From the NCBI GenBank assembly GCA_044375675.1, contig JBILMD010000007.1, positions 7,737 through 71,736 of the forward strand: a stretch of DNA of 64,000 bases, written 5' to 3'. Positions 57,845 to 64,000 of this stretch are shown piece after piece. Position numbers and translations under genes: made by a program. Positions within the stretch are counted from its first letter, which is position 1; every line of letters starts with the position of its first letter. This DNA is from Alphaproteobacteria bacterium. GTDB taxonomy: Bacteria; Pseudomonadota; Alphaproteobacteria; JAJTHO01; CANGYM01. The notes beneath the pieces are model-generated. The model made no database searches. It saw nothing but the letters and a program-made list of their open reading frames with translations, and was not told the DNA's origin.

Positions 57845-60108
57845 CAGTCTTTTGATTCATACGGCGGGGTGTACGCAGTGGCGGCACGGCGCAGGGCAAG
57901 CCCGAGAAACAGGCGGCCATTACGGGTGCGTTTGTATTCAACACCGACAGCATTCGCCTGCACCCGCTGGACAAATCCGTTGATGGTGGGCAGTTTCTCA
58001 TTGGGGAAACCCTCGGCGGTGGCCCAGGCATGAAAGTGATCATAGACGGTACGAGTAGCCAAGGCTGGCATGGCGCCGATGATGGGCCGTACCTCCAGGC
58101 ATTCCTCCAGCCAGGCGAGTACTGGGTCAGCGCCAAGCATCCAGTCCACCAGTGCCTGTTTGCTGCTGGGCGGTACGGTGAAATTGCGCTGGCGGATCAG
58201 CCGTGAGGCTCCCTCAACCACCCACGCCAGCAGCAGATCGGTTTCTTCATCGGCGATGCGCCGACCGATGCCTTCAATGCGCTCATCCAGCGGAATCACC
58301 CGGTTAAACGTGATGACCAGCAGACGGCGCTGAACGCCCCTGTCCATGCCGCCTTGAAAAGGTGGCAGGGTGTTGGTGGCAAACAGGTGCTGGGCAATGG
58401 GGCGAAACTCAACGCGGCTTTTGTAAACGTCGCGCCCCTCTACTGGTTCACCGGTAATGACGGCTTTAAACACTTCAGAAGCCACGGCAGTTGCAGACGA
58501 TAATTCGTCGCTGGCATTGAGCAGTTTACCAGCCAATGCCACAATATGACGCTCATCGCCCAGGCGGGCGGGTGTGATGGTGCAGACAGCGGTAGCAGGG
58601 AGAATGCCCCGTGCCAGATCCAGTACCTGACTTTTGCCGTTCTCGGCGCATTCCCCTTTGAGCACCACGGCGCGGGGTTGTAACAGGCGGGTGGCATAGC
58701 CCAGCGCGGCGCAGCCATACACTTCGGCCAGCAGTTGAATTTTTTCACGACTGTCGGCATCGTCTTTAAAAATACCGCCCAGAAAACGCCCGAGTAAGGT
58801 TTCCGCTGGAATGTGTGCGGCACTGACGTGCCAGCATCCCGGTAAAGTATGGCGACTGCGGTGGTCAGGGCTGTACGACTGTAGCACGGGACTGCCATCG
58901 GCATTAAACTTGATAAAGCCGGAGCGGCAGTTAATGCCAACAGTACAACGCTCAAAGAAATCTGGTAAGGCCGTTAAAGCCGCCATTTCATGCAAGATGG
59001 AGTCAATACGGGTTTTGCTGAGCTTAACGCAGGTTGCCTCGCCTTTAGGCGTTTTATAGGGTGCGCCGTCATAGCGGTGCACAGCAAGCCGCAACGTGTG
59101 TTCTGGGAGCATTTCCCAGTGTGTGGCGGTATATTGCCAGAACTGCCCTTCGGCGTGGATCAGTTTACCGCGCACCTGTTCCAGATCAGCACGGACATGG
59201 CGGGCAATTTCCACATCAGAACCAATATCAACCAGTTGCAGGGAATTGCTCTCTGCTTTTGCGGCGCCATTATACCGGCTCGCCCCCGCTTGCTGCATAG
59301 CTGCGGTGAGGCCGCTGTGCAGCGTGGCTGTTGCCTCCGCATCCGGCAACCCAAGCTGTTGCGCCTGCTGGCGCAGCATATCTTCCGCTTCACGTGCTGA
59401 TACTTTTCCCTTGCTGACATGCCGGCCAAGGGCAAAAGCTGCCTTGTTCAGCGCATCATTGCGGTGGCCGTTCTGCGCCTGACGCAGGTCATTGAGAATA
59501 GCTTCTATGGAGCCTTTCTTCTTGGAAGTGCCTGGTGCTGGCACCAGCAACTGCAACCACTGTTCACTTAAGGGTGATAGCGGAATATCCCAGATGCTTT
59601 TCCCCGCCTGCCACTGATACAGATGGCCTGAACTGTGTATGCTGGGCGGCAGAATGACATAGCCACTCTCCCCGCGCACATCAACATGCGGCACAATGCC
59701 GGTGGCGTTGCGGATGGTGTGCGCATCGGGATACCGGAAGTAGAGATGCCAGCCCCGACCGGTTTTCACGGTGGGAACAGGCAGTGCTAGAATATCAGAA
59801 ACACCAGCCGCCTGTTCCAACGCTGGAACCGCCTGTTCATCGTCGATATCAATGACCAGCAGATTCGAGACACGCCCAGTGACAACGGCAATATTGGCAC
59901 TGGTGAACTGTTGCCGCCAATCTTCCAGCATGGGAGTATTCGGGGGTGTTTGCTGAAAAGGCTTCCACTTCACCAGCGGCTTTTTGCTCTGCCGTGCCAC
60001 AGGGATGACAGACCAGCCCAGATCAGCATACGCTGCGGCAGCGCTGGCGAATGGCAACGCCGGTGGTACAGGTTGGGAAACGGCGATATTTTGAATGCGC
60101 ACTCCCAT
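57841..60108 (-). CDS. Bifunctional Prim-Pol primase fused to a D5/P4-type SF3 helicase
   Basis: GWSVIPV, NIAVVTG, VIDID, TGRGWHLYF, DVRG..GYVILPPSIH; Walker A ENGKS, ASDEL, FATNTLP, RRLLVITF. Confidence 0.85.
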   Translation of the reverse strand: MGVRIQNIAVSQPVPPALPFASAAAAYADLGWSVIPVARQSKKPLVKWKPFQQTPPNTPMLEDWRQQFTSANIAVVTGRVSNLLVIDIDDEQAVPALEQAAGVSDILALPVPTVKTGRGWHLYFRYPDAHTIRNATGIVPHVDVRGESGYVILPPSIHSSGHLYQWQAGKSIWDIPLSPLSEQWLQLLVPAPGTSKKKGSIEAILNDLRQAQNGHRNDALNKAAFALGRHVSKGKVSAREAEDMLRQQAQQLGLPDAEATATLHSGLTAAMQQAGASRYNGAAKAESNSLQLVDIGSDVEIARHVRADLEQVRGKLIHAEGQFWQYTATHWEMLPEHTLRLAVHRYDGAPYKTPKGEATCVKLSKTRIDSILHEMAALTALPDFFERCTVGINCRSGFIKFNADGSPVLQSYSPDHRSRHTLPGCWHVSAAHIPAETLLGRFLGGIFKDDADSREKIQLLAEVYGCAALGYATRLLQPRAVVLKGECAENGKSQVLDLARGILPATAVCTITPARLGDERHIVALAGKLLNASDELSSATAVASEVFKAVITGEPVEGRDVYKSRVEFRPIAQHLFATNTLPPFQGGMDRGVQRRLLVITFNRVIPLDERIEGIGRRIADEETDLLLAWVVEGASRLIRQRNFTVPPSSKQALVDWMLGADPVLAWLEECLEVRPIIGAMPALATRTVYDHFHAWATAEGFPNEKLPTINGFVQRVQANAVGVEYKRTRNGRLFLGLALRRAATAYTPPYESKDW

Positions 60109-60599
60109 CACAACCCCGCCCGGCGAACGCGATCCGGATTGATGCTGCCAACAACCAGCGGCAACTGGGGTTTTTCACGGCGCAGGTAAGCAGCCCAGGC
60201 CATTTCGTGTGCGGGCAGCGTTTCGACGATCAGCAGATTCTGCCGCATCGCGCCCGCTGTGCGGCACAGGCTTTCATAAACCCCGGTGATGGGTGCACAG
60301 GCAAGCACTGCCGCACAATGTGCCAATGCCGTCAGATTTTTCAAAACCTGCTGGTCAAAGGCTTCTGGGCCGAGTGATGCACCACTGTCATCCAGCACCA
60401 TGGCGATGAACGGGCTAGCCTGCTGCAAGGCTTCTAGTTCTGAATCTTCTGAGCCAGGCTGTAGAAAAGCAAGCCGCAACCCATAATCGCGTACCGCCGT
60501 GAAGATGACATGAAAATGCGGCGGCAACGCGGGGTTATTTTGCAGCAGCGATTCCAGTCGCCCAGCATCCAGCGCAATCCAATCGGGATGCGGTATCAT
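60108..60599 (-). CDS. Hypothetical protein of the mobile element
   Basis: 163-aa ORF overlapping both the HTH and primase genes. Confidence 0.65.
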   Translation of the reverse strand: MIPHPDWIALDAGRLESLLQNNPALPPHFHVIFTAVRDYGLRLAFLQPGSEDSELEALQQASPFIAMVLDDSGASLGPEAFDQQVLKNLTALAHCAAVLACAPITGVYESLCRTAGAMRQNLLIVETLPAHEMAWAAYLRREKPQLPLVVGSINPDRVRRAGL

Positions 60600-60829
60600 G
60601 ACCGCACCCCGCTGCCCGCAGGCTGGCTGAAATAATGCTCATCAGCGGTTGATTGGCAGAGGCGGGATTCCTCGAAGGCCTCCACGTCTTCCAGCCGGTA
60701 TTTGACGCGGCCGCCCACCTTGATAAAGCGCGGTCCCATGCCGAGCCACCGCCACCGCTCCAGCGTGCGCACCGAGATGCCGAGCCGCCGTGATAAATCG
60801 ACTTGGTTTAAATGCCTGATGTCCGTCAT
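60596..60829 (-). CDS. AlpA/excisionase-like HTH DNA-binding protein
   Basis: LNQVDLSRRLGISVRTLERWR..GPRFIKVGGRVKY; AGGAG RBS. Confidence 0.85.
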   Translation of the reverse strand: MTDIRHLNQVDLSRRLGISVRTLERWRWLGMGPRFIKVGGRVKYRLEDVEAFEESRLCQSTADEHYFSQPAGSGVRS

Positions 60830-61258
60830 AATTGCTGTCTCCTTGTTTTTGCTGTGGTGGAGACCAGCCTGCCTTGGATGCGCATCCCGAAAAAGATGCC
60901 CAATTTCTCCCGAAATAGGAAAATATCGGGAGGGAAATCGTGTTATTGAGGGGCGTAACGCAACCCCTCGAACTGCCGAGAACCCCTGTCACTGTGAACT
61001 GTGGTTTTTAGGAAACAGTCATCACTTTTTTACGGCGATAGAAACAGCGCGGGTATAAGCGGGTTTGTGAGGGAATACAGTGGATTGTTGATTTTAGGGG
61101 ATTTTATTATACTGGCGTCATGACTTGCCGCACTCCCGCCAATACTTTGCACTCTCAATACAAAACACAGAAAGATGGTTTTCTGTGGTCACTTCGACTG
61201 GACTTGTGCGGTCTTCCAAGCATGCATGGTGAAACTTCTCAAACACAGGAGAAAAACC

Positions 61259-61708
61259 ATGAATGACAAGGTTTTAAGCCAGATTACCGCGCTGCCAAAT
61301 AAAAGTGCGGCGGAACTCAAAACCCTCTGGAAAGATCTGTACCAGCAGGAACCGCCTGCCTTCAACAAGCCGTATTACCTGAAACGGTTAGCGTACAGAC
61401 TCCAAGAACTCGCGTACGGGGTTGATACCCGCCCGCTGGAACGCAAGCTGGAAATCCATGCCCGCCAGCATCTCGATGCCAAAGGGCAACCCTTACGCAA
61501 ACCGCGCAAGGCAAAGACGCTGGTGGTGGGTACGCGGCTGGTGCGGGAGCACAACGGGGAACAGCATCAGGTCACGGTGTTAACCAACGGCTTTGACTAT
61601 CGCGGCCAGCGATACAAAAGCCTGTCGGCCATTGCCCGCAGCATTACCGGCACGCAATGGTCAGGGCCACTGTTCTTCGGCCTCAAACAGGGTGGAGGCA
61701 AAGCATGA
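61259..61708 (+). CDS. DUF2924 protein
   Basis: LKTLW, RLAYRLQELAYG, GTRLVREHNG, SLSAIARSITGTQWSGPLFFGL. Confidence 0.85.
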   Translation: MNDKVLSQITALPNKSAAELKTLWKDLYQQEPPAFNKPYYLKRLAYRLQELAYGVDTRPLERKLEIHARQHLDAKGQPLRKPRKAKTLVVGTRLVREHNGEQHQVTVLTNGFDYRGQRYKSLSAIARSITGTQWSGPLFFGLKQGGGKA

Positions 61709-63048
61709 GCGAGAAAACCCGCCGTATCCGCTGCGCCGTTTACACCAGAAAATCGCACGAAGAGGGGCTGGAACAGGAATTTAACAGCCTTGATGCGCAG
61801 CGCGAAGCAGGGGAATCCTATGTGCTGGCGCAGCGGCACGAGGGCTGGACGCTGGTGCCGGATTATTACGATGACGGCGGTTTTAGCGGCGGCAGTATGG
61901 AACGTCCGGCACTTAAGCGACTGCTGGCGGATATTGAGCGCGGCCTGATTGACGTGGTTGTTGTGTACAAAATCGACCGCCTCACGCGCTCGCTGGTGGA
62001 TTTCTCCCGCATCATTGATGTGTTTGAAAAACGCGGCGTGTCGTTTGTCTCGGTAACGCAGCAATTCAATACCACCACCAGCATGGGGCGGTTGATTCTC
62101 AACGTGCTGTTATCGTTTGCCCAGTTTGAACGGGAAGTCACCGGTGAGCGCATCCGCGACAAGCTCGCCGCCAGCAAACGCAAAGGGTTGTGGATGGGCG
62201 GCGTACCGCCCTTGGGATACGACATTATTGAGCGAAAACTGATCATAAACGATGCGGAAGCCACTATTGTCCGCTTCCTGTTTCGGCGGTTTACTGAAAC
62301 GGGATCAATTACTGCTGTGACCCTCGATGCCCGTAAAGCAGGCTACCGTAGCAAAACCTACATCACCACCAAAGGAAACCGCCGCGAGGGGAAGCTGCTG
62401 GATAAGGGCGCTGTGTACAAGCTTCTGCACAACCGACTGTATCTGGGCGAGATTCCCCATAAGGGTGCAAGTTACACGGGACAACATCAGGCGATTATTG
62501 ATCAGCCCACATGGGATGCGGCACACGCTGTGCTGGCGATCAGCCCGCGCACCCGCGCCAATCACAACCGCCGGGAAATACCCGCCAGTCTGCGCGGGGT
62601 GTTGACCTGCGGTGGCTGTAATTCTGGCATGACAGCCACCAGCACACGGCGGCGCGGTAAACTCTACCGCTATTATACGCCGAACAACCACATCAAGAAA
62701 TCCTGCCTCGATTGCCCCATCGGCAGCATCAGTGCCGGGGAGATTGAAGGGATTGTGCTGCAGCAACTGCAACCCATTCTGAAAACGCCGGAGACGCTAG
62801 CACTGCTGACCAGCGAAGCGCGGAAAACAAATCCAGCGGCCACCGAGGCTGATGTTGCCCATGCCCTCGGCAATCTTGCCGAAATCTGGGAACATGTCTT
62901 TCCTGCTGAACAGGAACGCCTGATGCAGCGGCTCATCAAGCGCATCACCGTGCACCCGGATCGCGTGGATATTGACATCCAGCCAGATGGTGTGTCGGCA
63001 CTGGCCAGTATCCTGCCCATTGCCACTGAAAACAAGGAGGCAGCCTGA
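61705..63048 (+). CDS. Large serine recombinase (resolvase + recombinase + Zn ribbon)
   Basis: AVYTRKS (catalytic Ser), SLDAQR, DGGFSG, KIDRLTRS, FAQFERE, LTCGGC. Confidence 0.92.
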   Translation: MSEKTRRIRCAVYTRKSHEEGLEQEFNSLDAQREAGESYVLAQRHEGWTLVPDYYDDGGFSGGSMERPALKRLLADIERGLIDVVVVYKIDRLTRSLVDFSRIIDVFEKRGVSFVSVTQQFNTTTSMGRLILNVLLSFAQFEREVTGERIRDKLAASKRKGLWMGGVPPLGYDIIERKLIINDAEATIVRFLFRRFTETGSITAVTLDARKAGYRSKTYITTKGNRREGKLLDKGAVYKLLHNRLYLGEIPHKGASYTGQHQAIIDQPTWDAAHAVLAISPRTRANHNRREIPASLRGVLTCGGCNSGMTATSTRRRGKLYRYYTPNNHIKKSCLDCPIGSISAGEIEGIVLQQLQPILKTPETLALLTSEARKTNPAATEADVAHALGNLAEIWEHVFPAEQERLMQRLIKRITVHPDRVDIDIQPDGVSALASILPIATENKEAA

Positions 63049-63470
63049 TGACAGCCCAACCCATTACCGTGAGTGTACCTGTCAACTTTCGCCGCAAGGG
63101 ATGCCGAAAACTGATTTTGCTGCCAGATACCCTATCGGCGCAAAACCCGGTAACTGTCGCCCCTGATACCACGCTGCTGAATGCTATCGCCAAGGCGCAC
63201 CGCTGGCAGGTGTTGTATGAACGCGGCGGGTTTACCTCACTCGATGCGTTCGCTGAAAAGTACAGCATAAATGTTTCCTACGCCGCCCGCATCCTGCGCC
63301 TGAATCTGCTGGCACCCGATATCCGCGAGGCCATCCTGCATGGCCGCCAGCCGCGCACCCTGAAGCTGGCGGATCTGCTGTCACCGGTTCCGGCACTCTG
63401 GACAGAACAGCGCGAGAAATTCGGTTTTCAATCCGACAGTTTGGCCAAGCCTCCGGTAAATAACCAGTAG
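63048..63470 (+). CDS. Recombinase-associated HTH-like protein
   Basis: AIAKAHRW, SYAARILRLNLLAPDIREAILHG; 1-nt overlap with the recombinase gene. Confidence 0.75.
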   Translation: MTAQPITVSVPVNFRRKGCRKLILLPDTLSAQNPVTVAPDTTLLNAIAKAHRWQVLYERGGFTSLDAFAEKYSINVSYAARILRLNLLAPDIREAILHGRQPRTLKLADLLSPVPALWTEQREKFGFQSDSLAKPPVNNQ

Positions 63471-63482
63471 GAGGACTACGCC

Positions 63483-64000
63483 ATGCCACTACCGGAACGA
63501 CCGCATTTGTATCTTGAAGAGGCTCGAGAACAACTCGGCCTTAAACCCTATGATTTCTGGTATTATCTGGGGCAAGGGCTGTTGAAAGCCGAGGTATGGG
63601 TGGAGCATCGCTGCCAATACGTTGAACGCTTTGATTTGGATGACGCACCTAAATCTTGGGAGACGCTCTTCACCAGCTTTTACGCAGGTTATCTTATGTG
63701 CCGCCTGTTTTCTGTCATGCATTGGCCGCAGGCGTACCCGTTGCTGTTTCACGCTTTTATGACGGTAATCCAGATTGTCTGCGCATTCCTTGCAGTCACA
63801 ATGAAGGTGAGGAAGTGCAAACACCCATCACCATCCATCGTGACGCGCTGCTGATTCGTAAAGTGGAAATATGGCCTATGTAATCAAAAGGCTGATGCCT
63901 GTGCCGCACCCGGTCGCCCCTCTATCATGCCGGAGATTCTGGCAGAGCATCAACGGCGGGCACGCCTGCATATCGCCTATAAAAGCAACAGCCGCGAAGC
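63483..64000 (+). pseudogene. Probably frameshifted hypothetical gene (runs off window)
   Basis: Strong RBS; protein-like sequence switches frame near 63692 and returns near 63868 (…PGRPSIMPEILAEHQRR). Confidence 0.45.

Larger units (their letters stand above)
56500..64000. mobile_element. Integrative, satellite/PICI-like element with a large serine recombinase (boundaries uncertain, continues beyond window)
   Basis: Divergent HTH-hypothetical-primase/helicase-ori and DUF2924-recombinase modules; no virion or conjugation genes visible. Confidence 0.7.

Overview
Alphaproteobacterial chromosome segment, judged from the CckA-type kinase, the hemD-Mic60-like-HemY-like triad and the ribosomal protein sequences. 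About 1-43.6 kb is housekeeping backbone with many conserved operons broken up: cysNC, fabF/acpP, rimM, bamE, ispA, ybaB-recR, fusA-tuf-S10-spc cluster ending at rplO, BepA/PBP1A/AmiC/CckA, glyQS, dcd, rpmI-rplT-pheS and recQ. The intergenic region after rplO holds a ~127-bp TA-flanked MITE and a candidate structured RNA. About 43.9-56.5 kb is an accessory block. It carries an AAA+/DUF4143 ATPase, a SWIM protein and a tightly coupled 11-gene membrane/polyamine operon (SPFH, 2x DUF4178, small protein, DUF350, 7-TM SpeE, CDF, membrane protein, Tat flavin oxidoreductase, His-motif membrane protein, SpeD) preceded by a perfect CtrA box. About 56.5-64 kb is a satellite-like integrative element: HTH, Prim-Pol/SF3 helicase, a symmetric 11-bp-phased iteron array, a second different iteron array, and DUF2924 plus a large serine recombinase. 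All family calls come from motif recognition by eye; no searches were run. I saw no rRNA, intact tRNA or CRISPR array.
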